Source: Phycisphaerae bacterium
GTDB taxonomy: Bacteria; Planctomycetota; Phycisphaerae; Sedimentisphaerales; UBA12454
Reading direction: 5' to 3'
Assembly (NCBI GenBank): GCA_041478555.1
Contig: JBGOWI010000003.1
Location: 8,408 to 72,407 of the forward strand
DNA: 64,000 nucleotides
Positions within the stretch are counted from its first letter, which is position 1; every line of letters starts with the position of its first letter. A model generated the notes under the pieces. The model did not search any database and was not told the DNA's origin. It was given only the letters and a program-made list of their open reading frames with translations. This document shows positions 27,969 through 36,918 of the stretch, piece after piece. A program made the position numbers and the translations under genes.

Positions 27969-28757
27969 ATGAGTACAAAGATTTTCACGATTTTGTCGGT
28001 AGTTTTAAGCATCGCTTTTATCGTAAATGCTTCAGTTGTAACTTTTGATGATAATCTGCTTTTGCCGGAGAGCCATTGGGGCGGTGCCGGCTCAGGTGAA
28101 ACTGGTTTTAGCAGCGGCGGAGTCAACTTTTATCATAATGATGGAGGGTATTCATGGGACGGATTTATTTACTCAAACATGACCGATACGACCACAGCCG
28201 GTTACGAAAATCAATTTAGCGCTTATGCCGGCGGAGGTGTCAACGGTTCGAATAATTATGCTATATCGGCTCTCAGCCTTAATTGGACCGGCAGTTATGA
28301 TGTTATCCCGACATCGATAAGTTTCGCAAACCCATGCGCAGTTTTTGGGGCTTATTTTACCAACACTACTTATGCTGCTTTAGATATGCTTGCAGGCAGT
28401 GGTTTCAGTAAGAAATTTGGCGGCGATACTGGCGGCGACGAAGACTGGTTTAAATTAACCGTTACCGGCAAAGACGCATCGGATTTGGTAACTGGTACAA
28501 TTGATTTCTATCTTGCTGATTATCGTTTTGAAGACAGTGGTCAGGATTATATAGTCGATAGCTGGGAATATATTGACTTGCATTCACTGGGTACGATAAA
28601 GAGTCTCGAATTTGCCCTCAGTTCCAGTGATGTTGGAGACTGGGGGATGAATACGCCTGCATATTTTGCTATGGATAATCTTGTAATTCCGGAACCGGCG
28701 ACTTTAATTTTGACGGGCTTGAGCGGATTATTGTTGTCTCGAAGGAGGAGAATATAA
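27969..28757 (+). CDS. Secreted DUF4465-like protein with a PEP-CTERM anchor
   Basis: Signal peptide; VVTFDD...ESHWGG...WDGFIYSNMTDTTTAGYENQFSAYAGGG...NYAI...WFKLTVTG...FYLADYRF...NTPAYFAMDNLVI resembles my recollection of the DUF4465 family. The C-terminus IPEPATLILTGLSGLLLSRRRRI is PEP-CTERM. Confidence 0.7.
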   Translation: MSTKIFTILSVVLSIAFIVNASVVTFDDNLLLPESHWGGAGSGETGFSSGGVNFYHNDGGYSWDGFIYSNMTDTTTAGYENQFSAYAGGGVNGSNNYAISALSLNWTGSYDVIPTSISFANPCAVFGAYFTNTTYAALDMLAGSGFSKKFGGDTGGDEDWFKLTVTGKDASDLVTGTIDFYLADYRFEDSGQDYIVDSWEYIDLHSLGTIKSLEFALSSSDVGDWGMNTPAYFAMDNLVIPEPATLILTGLSGLLLSRRRRI

Positions 28758-29669
28758 ATGTTAAAAAAAACTGTTTTGGTTTTTGTCTTTTTCTGCCCTG
28801 TTTTGCTGGGCGGTCCTTATGCTCCGCCGGCAGGTCAGGCAGGCTCAACAGCTATTGATATGAATGACCCCAATATCGTTGCCTGGGCTAAGGCTGCCGT
28901 TATTGAGCGCGGTTATATTGACATCAGCAGGCCTGAATTGGGATATGTCAGCTTTGGTGATGGTACAAATTGTCTCGGTCATGCTCAGTGCGACATTTAT
29001 AACGTGTATAGCGTGGTAAGTCTTGGTGATGGAGGAATGGCTACGCTCAGCTTTCAAAATCCAATAACAAATGGAGATGGATATGATTTCGCGGTTTTTG
29101 AAAACAGCTTCAGCGACAGCTTTTTAGAGCTTGGATTTGTTGAAGTCAGCAGCGATGGCAATAATTTCTTTTGTTTTGATGCTGTTTCGCTTACAGACCC
29201 TAATACTCAAGTCGGTACTTTCGGCAGTGTGGATGCGACTAATATCCATAATCTTGCCGGCAAATATAGAGCAGGTTACGGCACACCGTTTGACCTGCAG
29301 GAGCTTGCCGGTATCGAAGGTTTGGATGTTAATTCGATTACGCATGTAAGGATAATCGATGTGGTGGGCTGTATTCAGTCTGCTGATTTTAATAATGACG
29401 GATTTGTGAATTTTTCTGATTACAGCATACTAAATGCTGCGTATTTAAGTAAACCTCAGGATGCTCGATGGAATCAGCGATGCGATATCGCTGTTCCTTA
29501 TAGGGTTATTGACATGGCTGATATCGAACAGTTTATGTTTGAATGGCTTGCTGAATGGTCAAGCATGGACTCTCTTGGCAATAAAATAAATGACCCCTGG
29601 CCGACCCCCTTTTCCACCGGCGGTTTCGACCTGGATGCGGTAGGCGTGATTCATCAAAAGCAGCCATAG
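28758..29669 (+). CDS. Secreted hypothetical protein with a dockerin-like calcium-loop module
   Basis: Signal peptide MLKKTVLVFVFFCPVLLG; central GYDFAVFENSF...ELGFVEVSSDG block; ADFNNDGFVNFSDYSILNAAYL dockerin-like loop. The start codon directly abuts the upstream stop. Confidence 0.65.
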   Translation: MLKKTVLVFVFFCPVLLGGPYAPPAGQAGSTAIDMNDPNIVAWAKAAVIERGYIDISRPELGYVSFGDGTNCLGHAQCDIYNVYSVVSLGDGGMATLSFQNPITNGDGYDFAVFENSFSDSFLELGFVEVSSDGNNFFCFDAVSLTDPNTQVGTFGSVDATNIHNLAGKYRAGYGTPFDLQELAGIEGLDVNSITHVRIIDVVGCIQSADFNNDGFVNFSDYSILNAAYLSKPQDARWNQRCDIAVPYRVIDMADIEQFMFEWLAEWSSMDSLGNKINDPWPTPFSTGGFDLDAVGVIHQKQP

Positions 29670-29683
29670 GTTGAGAGTGATTT

Positions 29684-30466
29684 ATGATTGCATCAAAAAA
29701 AGCATTTACGCTTGTAGAACTGCTGGTTGTTATGGCAATAATAGCCTTGCTTATGGGTATTTTGATACCTACCCTCGGTTCGGCACGTTCGCAGGGCAAA
29801 GCAGTTGTTTGTAGAAGCAATCTTTATCAGCTTGTGCTGGCAAGTACTGGTTATGCGATGGAAAACGATGGTTATTTCGTCTTGGCGGCGCTGGATATTT
29901 ATACCACGAACAACCAGCGTTGGCATGGTGTACGTTGTAATAACAACAGTCCCTTTGACTCAAGCAAAAGCCCTATTTCCTCCTACCTCGTCGACGGCAA
30001 AATCAAACAATGCCCTCAAAAGGTTAACTTCAGAAAAGGAGACCCGTGGGAGTTTAACTATGAGGATGGATGCGGCGGATACGGCTATAATATGTTTTAT
30101 GTAGGCTCAAGAATATGGGAGGGGGATAGCGATGAAAATTGTAAAAAGCCCGTCAGAAATGTTGAAGTTGCCTCGTCGGCCCAAACAGTAATGTTCGCTG
30201 ATTGTGCAATGGCCAAAGCAGATAGAGGGAAGCCTTATTACTTGGAGTATTCATTTGCTGAACCGCTGTTTAACGGATGGGGCTATGCGTGGCCCTCGAT
30301 ACATTTCAGGCATAGGGGCAGGGCGAATGTCGGCTGGGCGGATGGACATACAAGTTCAGAGACAATGACTGATTTTAATATAGTTATTTATGATGGGATT
30401 AATTCATCCGATGTGATGCTTGGCTGGTTCGGGCCGCTTGACAACAGCTTGTTCGATTTGAAGTAA
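29684..30466 (+). CDS. Prepilin-type N-terminal cleavage/methylation domain protein of the DUF1559 (H-X9-DG) family
   Basis: KKAFTLVELLVVMAIIALLMGILIP (a class III signal) and HRGRANVGWADGH (H-X9-DG). It starts 14 nt after the previous gene. Confidence 0.85.
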   Translation: MIASKKAFTLVELLVVMAIIALLMGILIPTLGSARSQGKAVVCRSNLYQLVLASTGYAMENDGYFVLAALDIYTTNNQRWHGVRCNNNSPFDSSKSPISSYLVDGKIKQCPQKVNFRKGDPWEFNYEDGCGGYGYNMFYVGSRIWEGDSDENCKKPVRNVEVASSAQTVMFADCAMAKADRGKPYYLEYSFAEPLFNGWGYAWPSIHFRHRGRANVGWADGHTSSETMTDFNIVIYDGINSSDVMLGWFGPLDNSLFDLK

Positions 30467-30576
30467 AAATAAGACTCGACCTGGTATGCGCCGAGTCCGG
30501 AGATTGGCAGGTTTGCAAATAACGTACAATTCTGAATCTTCTTTATTTTTCTGCGGCGATTTTTATAATTGCTTCT

Positions 30577-31326
30577 GTGAAAAGGATTATAAATTCGGCT
30601 GGAAATTTTTTTAAGAACCTGCGGCAGATTGCCTGGCGGAATTACTGCCGCCTCTGCGATGCCGCTATTTGTGAAGATGACGAATATTTCTGCTCCGACT
30701 GCTGGCAGAGGCTGGGATTTTGTATTGTTGATTCATACTGTCTCCGTTGCGGCAAAGAGTTAAGCGTTTTTGCAAAGCTGCCGGACGGTTGTGCCGACTG
30801 TCGCGGGCAAAATCTCGATTTTGATTCGATTGCCTGTGCAGGCGTTTATCGGGAACCGTTAAGGAACCTGATTATTAAATTTAAATTGTCTGACCGCACG
30901 TATCTTCTCGAACCTCTTTTGAATCTTGCACGGGATGCGATTCTTCGCTCGGATTTTTCCGACTCTGTGGATTTTATTGTGCCAGTACCGCTGCATTGGC
31001 GAAGGAGATTTCAGCGGGGTTTCAATCAGTCAGCGCTCATCGCCAAAGGCCTAAACTTCGGCAATGCGAGGTTCAACACCGACCTTGTTCGCATCCGTTA
31101 TACCCAACAGCAGACTGAGCTTACAACAGCAGCAGCAAGGAGAAAAAATGTCAAAGGCGCTTTTGCCGTCAGGAAAGGGCATAATTTTAAAGGCAAAAAT
31201 ATCTGTCTTGTTGATGACGTCAAAACGACCGGAGCAACACTGAATGAATGTGCGAAGACCTTGAAAGAGGCAGGGGCGAACAAGGTTTTTGCGTTTGTGT
31301 TGGCTGTTGCAGGACAACACGAGTAG
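30577..31326 (+). CDS. comF: ComF-family protein (phosphoribosyltransferase fold with an N-terminal zinc ribbon)
   Basis: CxxC...CxxC...CxxC...CxxC N-terminus and the PRT motif ICLVDDVKTTGATL. Confidence 0.85.
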   Translation: MKRIINSAGNFFKNLRQIAWRNYCRLCDAAICEDDEYFCSDCWQRLGFCIVDSYCLRCGKELSVFAKLPDGCADCRGQNLDFDSIACAGVYREPLRNLIIKFKLSDRTYLLEPLLNLARDAILRSDFSDSVDFIVPVPLHWRRRFQRGFNQSALIAKGLNFGNARFNTDLVRIRYTQQQTELTTAAARRKNVKGAFAVRKGHNFKGKNICLVDDVKTTGATLNECAKTLKEAGANKVFAFVLAVAGQHE

Positions 31327-31424
31327 GGTATAGGGGTTAGGGTATAGGAAAAAACATCCGCCATAAAACGGATTCCACACTTTTTACTTTTGACTTTTTA
31401 CCTTTTACCTTTTACTTTTTCATT

Positions 31425-33002
31425 ATGTTCAAAGGATTCAGACAGACAGTTTTGCTTACGATTGTCAGCCGCATAACAGGTTTGCTTCGCGATATGGTTT
31501 TTGCGTTCTTTTTTGGTGCGACTGAGCTGATGGACAGCTGGGTAATCGCATTTATGATACCCAATCTTGCGCGAGGCATTTTCGGAGAAGGGGCGGCATC
31601 AAGTTCTCTGATTCCTGTTTACAGCGAGGAACTTGTCGGAGACCGCCAATCCGCCGAGCGGCTTGCTTCAACAGTATTAACCGCTGTTTTTGTAATGCTT
31701 GCAAGTCTTGTTCTGGGCGGAGAGATACTGGTCTGGGTATGGTATTTTTTCTTTTCGCCGATGTCCGCGACGGCGCTTAAACTTTCGCTTACAGGCATAA
31801 TGCTGCCTTATATGATTCTGATATGCCTTGAAGCTATTGCAGGCGGTGTGCTGAACGCCCATCGGCATTTTGCCCTTCCCGCCTTTGCGCCGATAATTCT
31901 AAATGTTGTAATGATAGTTTCGTTGTATTTCGGCAGTTGGATATTCTTAAACAACCTCGACGAACAGGTGCATTTTCAGGCCTGTTCAGTGATAGCCGCC
32001 GGATTTCTGCAGTTCGGCAGTCAGTTGATACCTCTTAAGATTATGGGTGTTCAAGTCAGGCCTGCCTGGCACATACGGTCTGAGGCATTCAGGAAGGTTA
32101 TACTGCTTATGGGGCCGATGATTCTTGGCCTTGTCGCCACGCAGATAAATACACTGATGGACAAATTCATTGCCCTGTTGTTCTCAAGCTCTGTCGAAAA
32201 GGGTATGAGCTTTATGTTTTTCGGCAGAGAGATTGCGTATCCTATGTACGCAGGGACTGTTTCACGAATATTCTATGCTCAAAGACTGTATCAGTTTCCG
32301 TTTGGAGTGTTCGGCATCAGTTTAGCGACGGTAGTATTTCCGGTTATGAGCGCAGATGCGGCCAGAAGGGATACGGCGGCTCTGTGTGCGACAATCGCGA
32401 GAAGCATCAAGGGCGCGATATTTGCAGCTTTCCCTGCAACGGTCGGCCTGATTCTGATTCGAAAACCGTTGATAAGTCTTTTATTCCAGCGCGGCAGATT
32501 TACCGCAGAAGATATGGTTCTTACCGCTCCTATTGTGGTTTGTTATACAATAGGGCTGACCGGCTTTTTTATGCAGCAGATATGTGCGAAAGCTTATTAT
32601 TCAACGCAGGACTCGCGCAAGCCGATGCGAACAACTCTGACAGCGGTAGTATTGAATTTGATACTTAACCTTGTATTGATTTGGCCGATGGGCGCTGCGG
32701 GACTTGCACTTTCAACAAGCCTGTGTTCATATCTTCAGGTAGGGATACTTTTAAAAGGCCTTGCAAAAAAATTCGGCAGAAAGATATTCGACGGCGTAAT
32801 TATCGAACTTGTAAAAACTATAGTTAATACGTCAGTTATGTTTGTTATTACGTTTTTTATATTTAATCTGACTTATTCTTTGCCGCAAGTTGTACAGTTG
32901 CTGGCCGCGGTCTTTGTTGCAGCTTTTTTGTATCTGGCAGGAGCGGTACTTTTAAAAGTTGAGATGCTTTCGCTCATAACGGGCCGTAAGTTGTTAAAAT
33001 AA
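31425..33002 (+). CDS. murJ: Lipid II flippase MurJ (MviN)
   Basis: 525 aa, about 14 TM, N-terminus SRITGLLRDMVFAFFFGA typical of MurJ. Confidence 0.92.
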   Translation: MFKGFRQTVLLTIVSRITGLLRDMVFAFFFGATELMDSWVIAFMIPNLARGIFGEGAASSSLIPVYSEELVGDRQSAERLASTVLTAVFVMLASLVLGGEILVWVWYFFFSPMSATALKLSLTGIMLPYMILICLEAIAGGVLNAHRHFALPAFAPIILNVVMIVSLYFGSWIFLNNLDEQVHFQACSVIAAGFLQFGSQLIPLKIMGVQVRPAWHIRSEAFRKVILLMGPMILGLVATQINTLMDKFIALLFSSSVEKGMSFMFFGREIAYPMYAGTVSRIFYAQRLYQFPFGVFGISLATVVFPVMSADAARRDTAALCATIARSIKGAIFAAFPATVGLILIRKPLISLLFQRGRFTAEDMVLTAPIVVCYTIGLTGFFMQQICAKAYYSTQDSRKPMRTTLTAVVLNLILNLVLIWPMGAAGLALSTSLCSYLQVGILLKGLAKKFGRKIFDGVIIELVKTIVNTSVMFVITFFIFNLTYSLPQVVQLLAAVFVAAFLYLAGAVLLKVEMLSLITGRKLLK

Positions 33003-33125
33003 AACAAGTTAAACCGAATGGGGGACAAATGTGTTTTCGACAGTTGTCTTTGTTGCATAAATACTTCATTTATAAACAGTTATAGCCGATATAAGGATTA
33101 AGGGACACTTTAAATAGATTTGGAA

Positions 33126-35657
33126 ATGTTTAGTAAAAAAGCAGAAATTCTGATTTTGTTTATTCTTATAATTTTTTCCGCTGCCGGTGCTGGTGCAGCC
33201 GTCGAGGCTAATGCAGTTGCCGAGGCTAATATTGTTGCCGACGTTAATACGGCTGCTAAGGTTGATACAGTTGCCAGGACTGATACGGCTGCCAGGGCCG
33301 AGGCGGCTGCCGAGATTAATACGATTGTCGGCACCGGTATGGTTGCCGGGCAGGAAGAATTGCTTTCTCCTCTGACGGCAAAAACTTTTTATGATGTCGG
33401 CTATGAGCTTTATACAGCCAAAGATGCTAATTTTCTTTCAGCGAGGCAGGCGATTATATTTTTCGATGCCGCGGTTAATCTCGACAGCAGGGCAAATTAT
33501 GTTCTGGCTGATATTATTGATATTGCATGGCAATATCCCGAAGAGAATTTTTCAGATGCCGTTAAACTGGCGCTTAATGAATATATCGACCACTCAACAG
33601 ACCTTGAAGTTGCGTCAAAGGCGGTAGGGTATCTGCTTGAAAGACTCGACAGCAGAGAGGAGCGCGAAGAGCTGCTGACGAAACTAATTTATCGGTTCCA
33701 GCAGAAAAATGTCATGTTTGCATCAGACCTCTCGGCGCAGCTTGGGCTTCTGGTGGCTGAAACTGCCGATGCTGCCGAGGCTCAAAGATATCTTGCGCGG
33801 GCTTTTTTAGCGAACAAATACAACCGTCTTGCCTTTGCCAAGCTTGCCGAGCTTGCCGAGACAGGGGGACAACCGCTGCCTGACATTGTCTATCTTCAGA
33901 ATCTCCGTTTCGCAGTAAGGGCCAACCCGCTTGATTTTGACTCTGCCTTGAGATTTGCGCAATATGTAGAAGTACTCGGACTTTATGAGCCTGCTTCGGC
34001 GGCATACCGATACTGTGTGGATTTATTCAGGTATCTTAACAAACAGAAATCTGTAGGACTGGACATTTACAGGCCGTGGATTCTTAACTGTTATAACGCC
34101 CGGCAGTACATCCAGTGTCGGCAGATACTTGAGCAGCTTCGCGACAAAGGTATCTTTGATGTACAGGTCGAAGCAATTGCTTCGGCAGCAGCTTTGCAGA
34201 GCGATGACAAACAGAATCAGAAAGCGATACTCGATAGGATAGAAGCACGTGCAGGTGAAATTCTTGCCGGCAGGCAGAAGGTCTCTGCATCGGAGCTTGA
34301 GGATTTCGCATGGTTTTTCGCTTTTTTAGTCGACGTCAATTCCGAGGAGGTTCTGACCTGGGCGACGAAGGCCTATGATGCCGAGCCGAATTCGGTCAGT
34401 GCTGCTTCGCTTTTTGCTTATGCACTTATAATAAGCGAACAGAGCGAACTTGCCGGGCCGCTGCTGGAAAAAATCGGTACCACGACACAGGCAGCGGGAC
34501 TTGCCAAGGCGATGGTTCTTATGCAAAAGGAAGATGCAAATTCAGCAGCGGACCTGCTTAAGAAGGTGGTTGATACCCTGCCGGGAAGTTTTGAGGCACA
34601 AAAGGCAAAAGCAAAACTTAAAGAGCTCGGCTCTGAATATGAACCTGTGATTGATTCCGCAGCGTTTATAACGGCACTGCAGAGTGATTTTGGGCAGACG
34701 TTTTTCAGTCAGTTTATTGAACCTGAAAAGATGGTATCGCTGGAGTTCAAGGTAAAAGGTTCTGCGTTTTCTTACGGAAGTGAAATCACAGGCAATCTTG
34801 CGATAATAAATAATTATTCGGAGCCGATGGTCGTATGCCCCGATGCGATGCTCAAAGGCAATATAAGAATCGATGCGAAGATAGCCGGCGATTTGACCGA
34901 GCAGATGCCGGCTCTTATTGTTAAAACTGTCCGTCCGTCATACGAAATCAGGCCGGGCGATGCGTTGTTTATTCCGCTGCGGCTCGATACCGGCAGGATA
35001 AAATGTATTCTTGACTGTCACCCGCAGGCGGAACTGAACCTTGAATATACGGCCTACGTTGACCCGCAGGTAACTGCGGACGGCCGGATAAGAAACGCAC
35101 TTGCAATAAAACCTGCACAGGTGATTCTAAGTCGTCGCAAACTTGATATCAGCACCCGCTATCTGCAGCAGAGGCTTGATGCGCTGAAGAAAGGACATCA
35201 GGGTCAGAAGACAAAATCCGCCCAGCTTTTTGCAGGCCTGCTTGCCGAACAGCAGAAGTTCAGACAAACCGGCCCTGCTTACAGATTTCTATATGCGGAG
35301 CCGCAGTTATTAAGTTCGGCACTTGCCAGGTGTCTGGCTGAAGATGACTGGATTTTAAAGGTGCAGACAATCGCTGCAATGTTAAGGCTGAAACTGGATT
35401 ACCGGCTGACAGAAGCAGTATCGGCGGAATTAAATAATCCCAACTGGCCTGTAAGATTAATGGCTGTTTTTGCTCTTGCCAGAACTCAGGATGAAAAGTT
35501 TAAGCCTGTTTTGAGCTGGACAGCGAAAAATGACCCGCAGCCGCAGGTTCGGAAATTGGCCGCGCTCCTTTCAGGCAAAGTTGAAACGGCCCGTGGTGAG
35601 CTTGTCGAACCCAACACCAACGATATCAATCTGCCTAATCCGCCCCCGGCGGATTGA
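33126..35657 (+). CDS. Large secreted TPR/HEAT-like repeat protein (hypothetical)
   Basis: Signal peptide, a tandem hexapeptide region, long alpha-helical repeat architecture and C-terminal HEAT-like LNNPNWPVRLMAVFALA. The ATG at 33126 is preferred over the TTG at 33120. Confidence 0.6.
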   Translation: MFSKKAEILILFILIIFSAAGAGAAVEANAVAEANIVADVNTAAKVDTVARTDTAARAEAAAEINTIVGTGMVAGQEELLSPLTAKTFYDVGYELYTAKDANFLSARQAIIFFDAAVNLDSRANYVLADIIDIAWQYPEENFSDAVKLALNEYIDHSTDLEVASKAVGYLLERLDSREEREELLTKLIYRFQQKNVMFASDLSAQLGLLVAETADAAEAQRYLARAFLANKYNRLAFAKLAELAETGGQPLPDIVYLQNLRFAVRANPLDFDSALRFAQYVEVLGLYEPASAAYRYCVDLFRYLNKQKSVGLDIYRPWILNCYNARQYIQCRQILEQLRDKGIFDVQVEAIASAAALQSDDKQNQKAILDRIEARAGEILAGRQKVSASELEDFAWFFAFLVDVNSEEVLTWATKAYDAEPNSVSAASLFAYALIISEQSELAGPLLEKIGTTTQAAGLAKAMVLMQKEDANSAADLLKKVVDTLPGSFEAQKAKAKLKELGSEYEPVIDSAAFITALQSDFGQTFFSQFIEPEKMVSLEFKVKGSAFSYGSEITGNLAIINNYSEPMVVCPDAMLKGNIRIDAKIAGDLTEQMPALIVKTVRPSYEIRPGDALFIPLRLDTGRIKCILDCHPQAELNLEYTAYVDPQVTADGRIRNALAIKPAQVILSRRKLDISTRYLQQRLDALKKGHQGQKTKSAQLFAGLLAEQQKFRQTGPAYRFLYAEPQLLSSALARCLAEDDWILKVQTIAAMLRLKLDYRLTEAVSAELNNPNWPVRLMAVFALARTQDEKFKPVLSWTAKNDPQPQVRKLAALLSGKVETARGELVEPNTNDINLPNPPPAD
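33207..33332 (+). repeat. Intragenic tandem repeat, 7 x 18 nt (hexapeptide A-[ND]-x-[AV]-A-x)
   Basis: gctaatgcagttgccgag / gctaatattgttgccgac / gttaatacggctgctaag / gttgatacagttgccagg / actgatacggctgccagg / gccgaggcggctgccgag / attaatacgattgtcggc. Confidence 0.8.
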
Positions 35658-35741
35658 TTTTCCCTGTGGCAATTTTTTAGTGCACTACACACGACACATG
35701 ACGAATTGTTGCCTTTGCTTTCGGCCCCCCCCCGTCATATT

Positions 35742-36437
35742 GTTGTGGATTGACATCAGGTCGGGATTTGTTACACTAACCGTCAGGAAAACCGTCAGCC
35801 CCAGTATGTTGTGGATTGACATCAGGTCGGGATTTGTTACACTGCTTTCCAGGCAAAGGATTCAGCTTCGCCGGTTGTGGATTGACATCAGGTCGGGATT
35901 TGTTACACTTATGCGGCCGGCAGATATCGAAACGTCCGGGTTGTGGATTGACATCAGGTCGGGATTTGTTACACTCGATAAGAGCGGAGATGCCTGCAGA
36001 AGCACGTTGTGGATTGACATCAGGTCGGGATTTGTTACACTCTTTGCCATTCCGCATATTCCGTATGATGAGTTGTGGATTGACATCAGGTCGGGATTTG
36101 TTACACTTCGGGCAAGCCGACGTTCACGGACCATGCGGTTGTGGATTGACATCAGGTCGGGATTTGTTACACTGGAAAAGTTGTCCTATAGCTATAACAT
36201 CTAGTTGTGGATTGACATCAGGTCGGGATTTGTTACACTAACATATATTTGCGCCATTAGTCTATTCCCGTTGTGGATTGACATCAGGTCGGGATTTGTT
36301 ACACTGCTCGTAATGGCCGAAGACTACGGCAAGGCGTTGTGGATTGACATCAGGTCGGGATTTGTTACACTCAGATGTTTGATATCATAAAGTGGGTCAT
36401 TGTTGTGGATTGACATCAGGTCGGGATTTGTTACACT
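35742..36437 (+). CDS. PLACEHOLDER Confidence 0.
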
Positions 36438-36468
36438 ACCTGTTCCGCAACCTGAGCAATTGTAAGGA

Positions 36469-36504
36469 CTTGTGGACCGAACAGCCTAAAATAATTCGAG
36501 CTGT
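36469..36504 (+). repeat. Possible degenerate terminal CRISPR repeat (trailer end), overlapping the 3' end of cas2
   Basis: cTTGTGGAccGA matches 9 of the first 12 repeat positions after a 31-nt spacer-length gap. The rest has diverged. Confidence 0.4.
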
Positions 36505-36815
36505 TTGGGTGCTGGAGGTGTCGGTTTTCGCATTTTTCCCCAGAAAATCTGCATTTTTTCAAACTGTTTGTCAGTGATTGTAACAAGCCGAACCTCGCCA
36601 TCCGGCGGCAAAAAAATCTGTATCCTGCGGTAATGAACATCGGCATTTTCCTCACTTGCACAGTGCCTTGCATATACTGAGTATTGTAGCATAGCAAAGC
36701 CGTCTTTTAAAAGGTTTTTTCGAAAATGCGTATAATCTTTTCGTGCCTTTTCCGTATCCGTCGGCAAATCAAACATCGCAAAAATCCACACTGCCCTGTA
36801 CCCGCTTATTATCAT
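36486..36815 (-). CDS. cas2: CRISPR-associated endoribonuclease Cas2
   Basis: 109 aa, VWIFAMFDLPTDTEKARKDYTHFRKNLLKDGFAMLQYSVYARH is the Cas2 ferredoxin-fold pattern. It is adjacent to cas1 and the array. Confidence 0.92.
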   Translation of the reverse strand: MIISGYRAVWIFAMFDLPTDTEKARKDYTHFRKNLLKDGFAMLQYSVYARHCASEENADVHYRRIQIFLPPDGEVRLVTITDKQFEKMQIFWGKMRKPTPPAPKQLELF

Positions 36816-36918
36816 AAATCAATATTTGTTTAGCCGCCGCCGGCACGGCAGCGCGTCATTCCCGCGAAAGCGGGAATCCAGTTCCTTTTTATTTCTGCGG
36901 AATCCGTGAAATCCGCGG

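Noticed and set aside
35723-35735. A poly-C tract (C9-10) just upstream of the first CRISPR repeat, considered as a phase-variable switch or leader element.
   Set aside because: It is a single tract with no associated promoter or ORF, so I cannot support a function from sequence alone.
35530-36390. Four ORFs of 61-224 aa on both strands across the array (repeating LWIDIRSGFVTL / CGLTSGRDLLH peptides).
   Set aside because: They are periodic translations of the 36-nt CRISPR repeat every 66 nt, so they are not genes.
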